NCBI GenBank assembly: GCA_947631655.1
Contig: CANRME010000001.1
Span: forward strand, 1 to 58,253
Source of the DNA: an uncultured Bacilli bacterium
GTDB taxonomy: Bacteria > Bacillota_I > Bacilli_A > RF39 > UBA660
Direction: 5' to 3'
DNA: 58,253 nt
In this document: one piece after another, positions 9,505-19,482 of the stretch
How positions within the stretch are numbered: the stretch's first letter is position 1
How the letters are laid out: every line of letters starts with the position of its first letter
Notes under the pieces: generated by a model
Databases searched by the model: none
The model's input: the letters and a program-made list of their open reading frames with translations, nothing else
Told to the model about the DNA's origin: nothing
Made by a program: the position numbers and the translations under genes

Positions 9505-10671
9505 TTATACTCCTAAAAATTTACTCATCTTGTTATAGTTAACATCAAATAAGTCATGATAAGCTAAAAAATTCCAAGCAACATCTTGATAAGCCCACAA
9601 CACAGCATCTTTTCCTTTAGAAATTATTATATCTTCATATTCTTGACATTTTTTTTGATTCCCTAGAAAAGCATAAGACAGATATAAATAATAATAGTGT
9701 TCTAAGGATTCTGGTTCTCTTTTTTTCCATTTTTCTCTTTCGCGTACAGATTTTAAGAGCAAATCTTTATAATCTTTATGTATCATTTTTAAATAAATAG
9801 CATATGAATAATCAACAGCAAAATGATGTTTTTTAGTTGTTTTATAAAGTTTTTCCCATTTCTTAAAATATTTTAATGCTTCTTTTTTATTCCCATTTAT
9901 TAAATATAATTCAGCTAATTTTCTGATGCTCCAAGCATCAGTATTACAATCTTTTATTGCTTCAATAAACATCTTTTCAGCAATTGAGTATTCCTTATTA
10001 TAAGCTAGTTTAAATGCTTCTTGAGGTTTTTTCCAAGATTCTAAATACATTATTTCCCCTCTATTGGGGGGGTGATTTAAGCCATAACCAAATATTAATA
10101 ATTTCTTATTAATATTCTTCCATTTAGTTTTTTCACAACATAGTTTAATATATTCACAATCTTGAACTACATTTTTATCTAAGGAAGCGTGAGGGAATTC
10201 AATAGACTTAGCAATTTCACTTCTTACCATAAATGCAGAATTATCACATCTTCCTAATTCAGGATACCCATCAATATTTTGATTATATCTTAAATCTTCT
10301 GCTCCACATAATACTAACCCTATACTTTTATCCTCTTCTAATACTTTAACCATTTCTTCCAAATAGTTTTCTTGATATATATTATCATCATCAAGAAAAC
10401 ATAGATATTCTCCTAAATCCAAATTCTTAATAGCCCATCTTAATAAAGGATTAGGAGTTCCATTAGGCATATTTGCTCCAGGTTCTTTTGCTCCTAAAGA
10501 AGAGGAAAAACCTAAGGTACTACGTTGTTTATTAGGATATTCAGTTGGCAAAATACCATCTCCCAATACAAAATGATGATAATCTTTATATGTTTGCTTA
10601 TCAACACTTTCACATGCTTGTTTAAGAGAATCGCGGTTTAATGTCACGGTGACAATACTTACTCTACTCAT
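9505..10671 (-). CDS. Family 2 glycosyltransferase with a C-terminal TPR domain
   Basis: VSIVTVTLNRDSL...DKQTYKDYHHFVLGDG and LDDDN, followed by TPR-like repeats (AEKMFIEAIK, LAELYLINGNKKEALKYFKK). The likely start is the ATG at 10671 (MSRVSIV). Confidence 0.8.
   Translation of the reverse strand: MSRVSIVTVTLNRDSLKQACESVDKQTYKDYHHFVLGDGILPTEYPNKQRSTLGFSSSLGAKEPGANMPNGTPNPLLRWAIKNLDLGEYLCFLDDDNIYQENYLEEMVKVLEEDKSIGLVLCGAEDLRYNQNIDGYPELGRCDNSAFMVRSEIAKSIEFPHASLDKNVVQDCEYIKLCCEKTKWKNINKKLLIFGYGLNHPPNRGEIMYLESWKKPQEAFKLAYNKEYSIAEKMFIEAIKDCNTDAWSIRKLAELYLINGNKKEALKYFKKWEKLYKTTKKHHFAVDYSYAIYLKMIHKDYKDLLLKSVREREKWKKREPESLEHYYYLYLSYAFLGNQKKCQEYEDIIISKGKDAVLWAYQDVAWNFLAYHDLFDVNYNKMSKFLGV
10066..10072. 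repeat. G7 homopolymer (C7 on the coding strand) inside the GT2-TPR gene
   Basis: ctattgggggggtgat, encoding HPPN. One of the two longest G/C runs I found by eye. Confidence 0.85.
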
Positions 10672-11779
10672 ATTTTTTCCTTTCATATAAATCATTAAAC
10701 AATTCAATATATTGCTCTGCAATTGAATCTAAATTATATTTATTCATAACATATTTCATATCACTTTTAACATTGTAATTATCTTTTCCTTTTATAATTA
10801 CCTTAATAGCTTCATCAACTGTTTTAACATTAAAATGTGCATTCCCAGGCGGTACTACCTCATTTAAAGCTCCAACTCCATAACTTATAACAGGAGTCCC
10901 TACACTTATGGAATTTAAAAGAGTTAACCCAAACGTTTCAGGTAATTTTGATAAAAATAAAGTAAATTCTCCTAATTTATAGTATAAAGGTAAATCATTG
11001 TAATCAATCCATTTATGAAAGACTACAAATTTTTCTAAATTATTATCTTTTACATATTTTTGCACTTCATTTATAAAATCTTTTTCTCGATTTAAGTTTA
11101 TTTCTTTAGCTTTAGGTGGTAAAGGTATTAATAATCTATATTTATTATCAATGGTTACTAGTTTTTTTAAGATTTCAATAGCTGTAAAATGACCTTTTTC
11201 AGGATCTGGACGATGAGGAAATAAAATATATTTATATGCACTATCATATGGGAAATATTTATTAATCTTTTTTTTATCTACTTGAGGATTTAAAAATATT
11301 TCATCAACATAACATGGTATTTGATAAACTTCATTTTTATTAATGTAATCAATTAATTGTTTTTTTACAAAATTTGTTAAAACTACCATTTTATTCCATT
11401 CACTTTGAAAAACACTCATTACCTCTCTTTCATAGCATAATGTATTTAAAGATAATAATTTTGGTTTATCAGATTTTATAGGAAAATTTCGGTCAATCAT
11501 CCATATAATATCAGCTTTTTTTTCTAATTTTTTTATAATTTTAAAATTATTATAAATATCTTTAGGATTTAAAAAATCTCTTTCCATATCTACTAATGAA
11601 TGATCAATACAGATATTTTTAGCAAATTCATAATCATTTCCATCAGGACAAACAATTTGAAATTTTATGTTTTTATTATTTTTTTCAATATATGTTATTA
11701 AATTTTTTAGCCAAACCTGTACCCCACCAGCTAGATGATTATCATACATTGGATAATATAAATATATTAATATGTTCAT
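10664..11779 (-). CDS. GT4-type (GT-B fold, family 1 Pfam) glycosyltransferase
   Basis: The C-terminal half carries an E-x-F-G-L...E-like signature (PETFGLTLLNSISVGTPVISYGVGALNEVV). The likely start is MNILIY at 11779, preceded by GGGAGTG. Confidence 0.8.
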   Translation of the reverse strand: MNILIYLYYPMYDNHLAGGVQVWLKNLITYIEKNNKNIKFQIVCPDGNDYEFAKNICIDHSLVDMERDFLNPKDIYNNFKIIKKLEKKADIIWMIDRNFPIKSDKPKLLSLNTLCYEREVMSVFQSEWNKMVVLTNFVKKQLIDYINKNEVYQIPCYVDEIFLNPQVDKKKINKYFPYDSAYKYILFPHRPDPEKGHFTAIEILKKLVTIDNKYRLLIPLPPKAKEINLNREKDFINEVQKYVKDNNLEKFVVFHKWIDYNDLPLYYKLGEFTLFLSKLPETFGLTLLNSISVGTPVISYGVGALNEVVPPGNAHFNVKTVDEAIKVIIKGKDNYNVKSDMKYVMNKYNLDSIAEQYIELFNDLYERKKYE

Positions 11780-11783
11780 CTTA

Positions 11784-13235
11784 TCACTCCCAATAACAAC
11801 TATCTTCAATTTTTTCTGCACCTTTTAAAGGCTTTTCGATAGGAAAAATCCAATTTTTATTCCAATATCTATTAACATTTAAACAAGTACAATATCTTTT
11901 AATTTTAATTCCCCACCAATTTGGTAAATAACTACATAATTCTATAGAACTTTTTCCAATATTTTTTATATAACTAGCTAATAAATATCCATAAGCTCCT
12001 GCTCCAATAAATGCTATATCAAAATCAATTTTTGAAATATCTTGTTCCATTTTAGCTAAAGATTCAAAAAACGAATCATATCCTTGATTATTACTTAGTT
12101 GAGTTTCCAAACATTGATAAGTTTTAATTTCCATCTTTGGATATTTATAATCATATAAATGATTTAATTTATTTTTCTGTATTTCGATACTTTTAGAATA
12201 GGGACTTATTATTAAAATTTTTTTATTTTCTAAAAATTTAAACCATTTATTTTGAAAAGGATTAGTTAATAAATTCCAATCATAGTTTAAACGTGGATTA
12301 GCTTGAATTTTATTTAATACCATAGCCAACCCCTCAGCTAATTCTTCTTTACCATAACATAGATTAAAATCACAGTTTTTTACGGCTTCAATATGCTGTC
12401 TAGCAAATTCTGAAACAGCATTTATATTATTATCTTTAGCAAAAAAACCAGATGTTTCAAACAGATATTTTAACCAAAATTCACTATAATTATCAATCAA
12501 TCCTGTTTGTTGTTGAATATATTGTTTTATTATCCATAACTCTGTATTACCTATTCTTGCCATCATAAATGGTTTGTTAGATTTTATATAATCACATATA
12601 TTATCCTCCGAACTATGCTCATATTTATTACAATAATCATATAAATCATAAATAGGTTTAACTGATTCATATAACCATTCATGAAAAACTTTCCAAAATG
12701 AATAATTATTAATAGATTCTCCTATATTACCTTCTACATATATTTTCATAGTTTTATTAGTTACCTTTATTTGAGATTCTTTTTTATATAACTCATCTTT
12801 TATTATATAGGGGATATTATATTTATTAAATAATATTTCTAAATAATATGCTAGTTCATTATATCCATATATAATAGCATTATTATACTTTTTTAATATA
12901 GTTTCTCTATTAGCAAAAGAAATTAAGTCATTTATTTTATTAAGAGCATCGTTTAAAAAATCATCATCATAACAAAATCCTATAATCGTATCATTAGAAA
13001 TTATTGGAATATATTCTAAATTAGTTGTATTTAATACCTTATGGCCCTCCATTAACCAATTATCTTTAGTTAAATAATCATAATTTATATTGTTACCTTG
13101 GCATATAAATCCTAAATAATGATTCCAATAATACAAAACCTTATATTTATCAGTACAAGAATCAATTGTTTTTAAATCTTTCTTATTTTTTATATTAATT
13201 ATTTCATAATTTCCTTTACAAATTCTTAAAGCCAT
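11784..13235 (-). CDS. Unknown 483 aa protein; possibly a GT-D/DUF1792-like glycosyltransferase
   Basis: MARIGNTELW and a C-terminal FIGAGAYGYLLASYIKNIGKSSIEL resemble the GT-D fold. AAGGAG precedes the ATG at 13235. Family assignment is weak. Confidence 0.45.
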   Translation of the reverse strand: MALRICKGNYEIINIKNKKDLKTIDSCTDKYKVLYYWNHYLGFICQGNNINYDYLTKDNWLMEGHKVLNTTNLEYIPIISNDTIIGFCYDDDFLNDALNKINDLISFANRETILKKYNNAIIYGYNELAYYLEILFNKYNIPYIIKDELYKKESQIKVTNKTMKIYVEGNIGESINNYSFWKVFHEWLYESVKPIYDLYDYCNKYEHSSEDNICDYIKSNKPFMMARIGNTELWIIKQYIQQQTGLIDNYSEFWLKYLFETSGFFAKDNNINAVSEFARQHIEAVKNCDFNLCYGKEELAEGLAMVLNKIQANPRLNYDWNLLTNPFQNKWFKFLENKKILIISPYSKSIEIQKNKLNHLYDYKYPKMEIKTYQCLETQLSNNQGYDSFFESLAKMEQDISKIDFDIAFIGAGAYGYLLASYIKNIGKSSIELCSYLPNWWGIKIKRYCTCLNVNRYWNKNWIFPIEKPLKGAEKIEDSCYWE

Positions 13236-14328
13236 TTTTCTTCTCCTTATAATATACCCAATCATCTAATTTATAATCATCTTTTCTTTGTTCCCATATA
13301 AAATATGGTAAATCATCACGATAATGAGCACAATAATTACATAGTTCAAAAGGTTCTTTTAACTTTTCTTTTATTTTCTTACCAGTAATATCATCATAAA
13401 TGTTTATTAATTTTCCTTTTTTAGCAAATTCTTGATTATATTTATCATTAAGATAATTAATGGTAAATGGTAAAGGACAGGGAGCTAAATATCCATTTTG
13501 CAAATTGATACAAACGCAGTTATTTAAAGTTTTATATGGATATTTCTGCTTTTTAGCTAATAATATTGGTTTAAACTTATTAATATGTTCTAGGAATACC
13601 TTAATACCTTTATTCTTTAAATTAATTACAATATCATCAATGGTATTATGTAAAGGAGGATATACAGATATATCCAAGATTACATTATTATTTTTTAAAC
13701 AATTAATCATATTATTATCAATACTCTTTAACAATAAACCATTAGTAACTACTCTTAAATCAGTATAGGGATAAATTTCACGAATCATTTTTATATATTT
13801 AGGTAATTCGGGATTTAAAAATGGTTCGCCCCCCATTATTCTTATTTTAAAAATATGAGGAATTAATTGTTTCATTCTTTTAAAATCTTTTTCATATTGT
13901 TTAAAACTTTTTATTTCTTTTGATGCAATATTAGCAAAATGACTACATCCTTTACAATTCATATTACAGCAATCAATAATATTAATTTCCAAATAATTTA
14001 AGTAAGTTACTTCTTCGAATTTAAAAAACTTCGTATAATCAAGTTCTTCTTTGCCTAAAATCATTTCAATAGGAATAAAGAATATTTTTTGATTATCAAA
14101 TCCTAAAGCAATTAAATTTTTATATACTTCTTCAATATTAATATCATCGGCTATGAATGATGGTATAAGAATATTTTCATTATTATATTCCTTCTTAAAT
14201 TTATAAACACTTATTACTCCGTTTTCTGCAAATTCGTTAGCATCAAAAGAAATAATTTTTTTAATCTTTAATCCTCTATCTACTAATTTTTGTTTAATAT
14301 TATCGCAAGATATTAATACATATTCCAT
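13216..14328 (-). CDS. Radical SAM enzyme (paralogue C, with a roughly 100 aa N-terminal extension)
   Basis: CNMNCKGCSHF (CxxxCxxC), GGEPFLNPEL, and a C-terminal CNYC pair. Confidence 0.8.
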   Translation of the reverse strand: MEYVLISCDNIKQKLVDRGLKIKKIISFDANEFAENGVISVYKFKKEYNNENILIPSFIADDINIEEVYKNLIALGFDNQKIFFIPIEMILGKEELDYTKFFKFEEVTYLNYLEINIIDCCNMNCKGCSHFANIASKEIKSFKQYEKDFKRMKQLIPHIFKIRIMGGEPFLNPELPKYIKMIREIYPYTDLRVVTNGLLLKSIDNNMINCLKNNNVILDISVYPPLHNTIDDIVINLKNKGIKVFLEHINKFKPILLAKKQKYPYKTLNNCVCINLQNGYLAPCPLPFTINYLNDKYNQEFAKKGKLINIYDDITGKKIKEKLKEPFELCNYCAHYRDDLPYFIWEQRKDDYKLDDWVYYKEKKNGFKNL

Positions 14329-14331
14329 AGC

Positions 14332-15249
14332 CTAAGTCCATTCTTTAATATCTTTTCTAGAACTTTCCCACTTTTGTTCATAATCTTTAACATCAGGATT
14401 GCAATAACGACAAAAAGGAGCTGGTTTACTTAAAAAATCAAAAATTTCTTCTTTGTTTTTAGCTTTATAAATATCAATATAATCATCTTTACAAACTTGT
14501 AAATCTTTTTTAAAGTACTTATTAAAATGTTCAATATTAGGAATTAATGTACAAGTATACAATTTACCTTCTTTAAGCATAACACATTCATTAGATAAGA
14601 AACACTTGTAAAAACTTTTTCGAGCATCTCTTTTTCCATCTTCTTGTAATTTTATATTATACCAAATTTGTTCTTTATCAGTATTATCATAAAATTCAAA
14701 ATTTACATGATATTTTAGAGCTTTCTTTTTCATTAAATCATAGTCTAACTTTAAAGGATATTTAGTTACAGATAATATTATATTATTATCATGTAAACAT
14801 TTCCAAAAATCTTCTTGCATGTCATTAACTAATATTCCGTTAGATATTACTCTTATTTCAGTTAATTCTTTATCAGGGAAACACTTTCTAGTTTCTTTTA
14901 TAAATTTACATATATCTTTATTAAGTAATGGTTCTCCACCCAATATGTGAATGGATTTTGCTTTACCTTCAAATAATGTTGACATTCTATTAATATCTTT
15001 TTTAAAGTCTGCAAAATTAGTAAATTTAGGGTTTGCTAAAGGAGAAAAGTGATCGCATCCTTTACAATTTAAATTACAATGATCGGTAGTATGATACTCA
15101 AAAGATATATATGGTCCCCGCATTTTGTGCATTGTTAAAACCGCAATATCTTCAACTTCCTTAGCCCAATAATTGCATTCTTTTTTTACTTTTCTTAACT
15201 CTTGTTCCATTTCATTTACTTTTTTTGTTAATTTTTCAATTTCTTCCAT
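14332..15249 (-). CDS. Radical SAM enzyme (paralogue B)
   Basis: CNLNCKGCDHF, GGEPLLNKD, and a C-terminal CRYC pair. Confidence 0.8.
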   Translation of the reverse strand: MEEIEKLTKKVNEMEQELRKVKKECNYWAKEVEDIAVLTMHKMRGPYISFEYHTTDHCNLNCKGCDHFSPLANPKFTNFADFKKDINRMSTLFEGKAKSIHILGGEPLLNKDICKFIKETRKCFPDKELTEIRVISNGILVNDMQEDFWKCLHDNNIILSVTKYPLKLDYDLMKKKALKYHVNFEFYDNTDKEQIWYNIKLQEDGKRDARKSFYKCFLSNECVMLKEGKLYTCTLIPNIEHFNKYFKKDLQVCKDDYIDIYKAKNKEEIFDFLSKPAPFCRYCNPDVKDYEQKWESSRKDIKEWT

Positions 15250-15252
15250 CTA

Positions 15253-16122
15253 TTACCACTCCATATCTTTAAATATTTCTTTATATAACTTTTCATTTGT
15301 TTTAAAATTTAAGGAATCAACAAATATTTTAAACTTATTTTTATCACATTTGCTTTTTTCGCTATTATTTAATATATCCATTAGGTAAAAACAGCTATAT
15401 TTTAAATGTTCTATTAATTTTTCAACCTCGGCTTTCCTAATTTGCTTTTCTAATCTTTCTTTAAACATCATCATACAACTTACTTGACTATCAAAATTGG
15501 TATGATCTTTTATATGGGTTAAAGTGCAATTATTATCTTTATCATGTCGTAACCAATTATATACATATTTATTAACAATTTTAATTTTAGGATCTTTTAA
15601 ATATAAATCTGCCAAAAATAAACGATCTTCTCCTTGAAATATTTCTACAAAGAAAATATTATTCTTAATTATAAAATCTTTTTTATACATTCTATTCCAT
15701 ACAGTCACTGATTCAAAAAAAGTATTAAATCTACAATCTGCAGGAGTTAGAAAGTTTTCAATTTTACCATCATCATATACTATTTTATAATTTCCAATAG
15801 CAATATCACAATCCTGTATATTATTTTGAAGTATTTCTAATGTATCTTTATTTATTGTATCATCACCATCAACAAAGAATATATATTCTCCCTTAGCTAA
15901 AGAAATACCAAAGTTTCTTGCAGAACCAGGCCCTCTTCTTAATTGCTTATAAACCTTTATTCTGCTATCATGTATTTCCCTGATTTTTTCAATTGTCCTA
16001 TCTGTACTACCATCATCAATTATAATAATTTCAAAATTCTGATAAGTGCTAGTAATTATACTTTTTAGGCAACTCTCAATATACTTTTCAACATTATAAG
16101 TGGGTATAATTACACTAATCAT
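15253..16122 (-). CDS. Family 2 glycosyltransferase
   Basis: ISVIIPTYNVEKYIESCLKSI...IIIDDGSTDRT and VDGDD motifs. RBS GGAGGAG. Confidence 0.85.
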   Translation of the reverse strand: MISVIIPTYNVEKYIESCLKSIITSTYQNFEIIIIDDGSTDRTIEKIREIHDSRIKVYKQLRRGPGSARNFGISLAKGEYIFFVDGDDTINKDTLEILQNNIQDCDIAIGNYKIVYDDGKIENFLTPADCRFNTFFESVTVWNRMYKKDFIIKNNIFFVEIFQGEDRLFLADLYLKDPKIKIVNKYVYNWLRHDKDNNCTLTHIKDHTNFDSQVSCMMMFKERLEKQIRKAEVEKLIEHLKYSCFYLMDILNNSEKSKCDKNKFKIFVDSLNFKTNEKLYKEIFKDMEW

Positions 16123-17005
16123 TTTCTCCTCCTAGAGATTTTATTACTTCTTCTATTGAGGTTATATTAGCATATTTATTCAAGATTGTTATTAATTTAT
16201 TCAGAAAACTATAACTTTCTTCTCCCATTCGTTCATGATGAAGTAATATTCCTATATTAGAAGAATCATTTTCTAGTTCATTTATTATTTGGTTTAAAAC
16301 AAATTCCTCACCTCCAAAAGTATATGCTATATCCCAATCTACTAAATCAACTTGGCAATTTGCTTCTATTAGATTAAATTCATTTATATGATTCCCCCAA
16401 TAATTAGACATGGCTACAAAATTTTCCCGTTTAATAATTTTTTGGAATTTCTTATCTATTTCAAACCAAGGAGGAATAAAAACATTTATAAATTTATTTC
16501 CAAAAAGATCTTTGAGTTTATCTCTTCCTCTAATAATTTCAGATTTTACTAATTCTTCATTTCTATTTTCGGGGTATTCCGATTGTTCTTCTTTTGAATA
16601 ATTATTATGGGAATATCCATGCTGACCAATGCGTATATTACTATATTTTTTTAACTTAATAGCTAGATTATCATCAGTTTCTTTAGGTATAGCTGCAATT
16701 AATATGTTAATATTTAAATTATTCATAAATTCTATTAAATGTATTAAACTACAATTATCTACTCCAGCATCATCATCGCGAAACCAGAAATTTACTTTTT
16801 TGACTTTTAATAGATTAATTAGTGTTTCCCATTTATCTGAATCTTCGTAATAAGGTTCAATTTTAACCTCTAAATCATTATTATTTATTTGAACTGCTAC
16901 TTTTTTTAAATAAGGATTATTTACTTGATTCAAATACTCATCAATTAAACTTTCTACTTTCTCTAAAGAAATAGCAGTCATATCATAATTATTAAATCTA
17001 TTCAT
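16115..17005 (-). CDS. Polysaccharide-deacetylase-like (NodB/DUF2334-like) protein
   Basis: WFRDDDAG, GQHGYSH and LLHHERM motifs. Confidence 0.55.
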   Translation of the reverse strand: MNRFNNYDMTAISLEKVESLIDEYLNQVNNPYLKKVAVQINNNDLEVKIEPYYEDSDKWETLINLLKVKKVNFWFRDDDAGVDNCSLIHLIEFMNNLNINILIAAIPKETDDNLAIKLKKYSNIRIGQHGYSHNNYSKEEQSEYPENRNEELVKSEIIRGRDKLKDLFGNKFINVFIPPWFEIDKKFQKIIKRENFVAMSNYWGNHINEFNLIEANCQVDLVDWDIAYTFGGEEFVLNQIINELENDSSNIGILLHHERMGEESYSFLNKLITILNKYANITSIEEVIKSLGGEND

Positions 17006-17014
17006 ATTTACTCC

Positions 17015-18673
17015 TTAATTTAATTTAGTTATTTCAGGACGATAATAGCCAAATTTATAATTAGCGATTTTTTCATTTACTTTTTCGTTTAAATAAGCAT
17101 CTAAATTTTCTATTTCAATATTATTTTCATTAAAATATTTTAATAGAGGATTAATTATTTCTTTTTCAATTATCTCATTTTCTATTGGAGGAAGTTTTAT
17201 AATTATATTAGGATTAAATTTTTGCGTATTACGTAATATGGTATTTATCTGCTTTAACATTTCTTCATAGGAATTGTAAATTATTTCTTCATATTCAACA
17301 ACAATATAACCATTTGAAGTAATGTGATATCTTTTATCATAATATTCGATTCTTTCTAAAGTAAAACTTTGATCATTATATATTATTAACTTATCATACT
17401 TACTATAATTTTTATAATTAAAATCTTCCATATTAATTACAGGAATTTTATTTAAAAAAACTACACTATCTTTTTTATTTAAAAAATCTATATTATAATC
17501 TTTATACTTTTTAGAATTTTGCTGTTCGTTTGATAAGTTATTAAATGCTAGTCTTATTGTCATAGGTTTTAGTTTATTTACAATAGTACTATATATTTCT
17601 TCAGCAACTTTTTGAGTATTATTTTGCACTTTTTCTTTTGTTCTAATATTGGTTTTAAGCAACTTTATAACTTTGTTATCAAAATTATCTAATTTATTAA
17701 CATCTAAATAATCAACTCCATAAACTCGCTTTAATTCTTCACACCATTGTAATTGATCTTCCATATAAGATATCCCGGGTAAAAGTAATATATTTTCTCT
17801 TCCTGAAAGAGATTCCATAGTAGAATTATATCCCGGTCTTAATATACACAAATCAACAACTTGAAATAAAGCATCTAAATTAGTTTCAAAATCAACTATT
17901 TTTATATTATCATTAATTATATAAGATTGTAAATGTTCTTCTAAATATTTACTATAAGGACCTAAAACTAGTATTGTTTGGACATTTAATCCTTTTTTTA
18001 CTAATTTATTTGTCATAATAATAGCTTTTTTAAATATTTCATCACAAATATTATTACCTATATGCCATCCGCCAGCTCCACAATTAACAACTATATTTTT
18101 ATCATATTTATCAATATTATATTTCTTTATTATTTCGTCTTTTACTTCCTTTGATGGTTCGTTAAATACACCACTTAAATATTTTATTTTTTCTGAATAA
18201 TTAACAAAATTTCTTACTTCTCTTGAAGTTATATCATTAAGAAAGCATTCTTTATCCTTTAAAACAATTAATTTTTCATATTGGTTTAGTACACCATTAT
18301 AATAATAATTTTCAAACTCTGAACTACTTAATCTATTTAAAATTAATATTTTAGAAACATTTAATAAAGCTGGTAAATTTAAATAAAAATCTTCAGGATA
18401 TGTATCTTCAATTATTACATCCGGTTTTATGTTTTCAATTAACTTGTTTAACAATTTGTTCATAATTAATATTTCATTATTAGATTTTAAAGTATATAAC
18501 ATAGGGAAATTATAGACTTTATAATTGTAGTTATTAAATATTTCAGTAGATTTTGCTTGAGTAATAAATGAGATTTCTGCATTGTTATTTAAATATTTTG
18601 ATATTGTAAGAGCCAGTTTAAAATGACCAAAACCAATTCCATTTTGAAGCATAAATACAATTTTCTTTTTCAC
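17015..18673 (-). CDS. GT-B-fold glycosyltransferase-like protein (MurG/GT28-like N-terminus) with an unknown C-terminal roughly 170 aa
   Basis: The N-terminus FMLQNGIGFGHFKLALTISKYL resembles a glycine-rich GT-B loop. AGGTGG precedes the GTG at 18673. Confidence 0.5.
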   Translation of the reverse strand: MKKKIVFMLQNGIGFGHFKLALTISKYLNNNAEISFITQAKSTEIFNNYNYKVYNFPMLYTLKSNNEILIMNKLLNKLIENIKPDVIIEDTYPEDFYLNLPALLNVSKILILNRLSSSEFENYYYNGVLNQYEKLIVLKDKECFLNDITSREVRNFVNYSEKIKYLSGVFNEPSKEVKDEIIKKYNIDKYDKNIVVNCGAGGWHIGNNICDEIFKKAIIMTNKLVKKGLNVQTILVLGPYSKYLEEHLQSYIINDNIKIVDFETNLDALFQVVDLCILRPGYNSTMESLSGRENILLLPGISYMEDQLQWCEELKRVYGVDYLDVNKLDNFDNKVIKLLKTNIRTKEKVQNNTQKVAEEIYSTIVNKLKPMTIRLAFNNLSNEQQNSKKYKDYNIDFLNKKDSVVFLNKIPVINMEDFNYKNYSKYDKLIIYNDQSFTLERIEYYDKRYHITSNGYIVVEYEEIIYNSYEEMLKQINTILRNTQKFNPNIIIKLPPIENEIIEKEIINPLLKYFNENNIEIENLDAYLNEKVNEKIANYKFGYYRPEITKLN

Positions 18674-18682
18674 CTGAACCAC

Positions 18683-19474
18683 CTATTTTTCTAAAAATGC
18701 TTGTTTTATAATATTAGAAATATCTATTTTAGTATTTTCATTAATTTTATTAGAAATATATACTAAGTATTCAATATTCCCATCTCCTCCTTTTATAGGA
18801 GAATAAGTCATATTTTTGATATAAAACCCATAACTATTAAAAGTATTAATTAAATCTTTTATTATACTTAAATGAACTTGTTTATTTAATATAATACCTT
18901 TGTACAAATCCGCTATTTCTTTTCCACATTCAAATTGAGGTTTTATAAGACAAACAATATCGATTTTAATACTTTCATTATATATTTTTTCTATTATCTT
19001 TTTTAATGATATAAAAGAAACATCACAAGTTATAATATCTAAATTTTCAAAATATTTATGTTCTAAATTACGAAAATTAGTTTTTTCATATAATTCTATT
19101 TTAGGATTATTTCTTAAAGATTTATGTAATAAGTCAGTTCCAACATCTATAGCTATAATGTGTTTGGCACCATTTTGCAAAGCACAATCACAAAAACCGC
19201 CGGTTGATGAACCAATATCCATTACATACAAGGATTTTAAATCAATGCCAAATTCCTTAATAGCTTTTTCAAGTTTTAATCCCCCACGAGACACATATTT
19301 AAAAATATCATTAGCAATTATTTCAATTGTATCTTCCTTATTAACAACAAAATTGCTTTTCATTATAATTTTATTATTACATTTGACATATCCTTTTTTA
19401 ATTAATTCTTGAGCTTTTGCTCTCGATGGAGCCATTTTTCTTCTAACTAATTCTTTATCAATCCTATTTTCCAT
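18683..19474 (-). CDS. tlyA: TlyA-family 16S/23S rRNA (cytidine-2'-O)-methyltransferase
   Basis: S4 RNA-binding N-terminus plus an FtsJ-like domain (YVSRGGLKLEKAI, MDIGSSTGGFCDCAL, DVSFISL). Confidence 0.9.
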   Translation of the reverse strand: MENRIDKELVRRKMAPSRAKAQELIKKGYVKCNNKIIMKSNFVVNKEDTIEIIANDIFKYVSRGGLKLEKAIKEFGIDLKSLYVMDIGSSTGGFCDCALQNGAKHIIAIDVGTDLLHKSLRNNPKIELYEKTNFRNLEHKYFENLDIITCDVSFISLKKIIEKIYNESIKIDIVCLIKPQFECGKEIADLYKGIILNKQVHLSIIKDLINTFNSYGFYIKNMTYSPIKGGDGNIEYLVYISNKINENTKIDISNIIKQAFLEK

Positions 19475-19482
19475 ACTAACTC

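Noticed and set aside
18683-19474. TlyA as a haemolysin or virulence factor
   Set aside because: The S4 plus FtsJ domain architecture identifies it as the rRNA 2'-O-methyltransferase. The historical haemolysin label is not supported by anything in the sequence.
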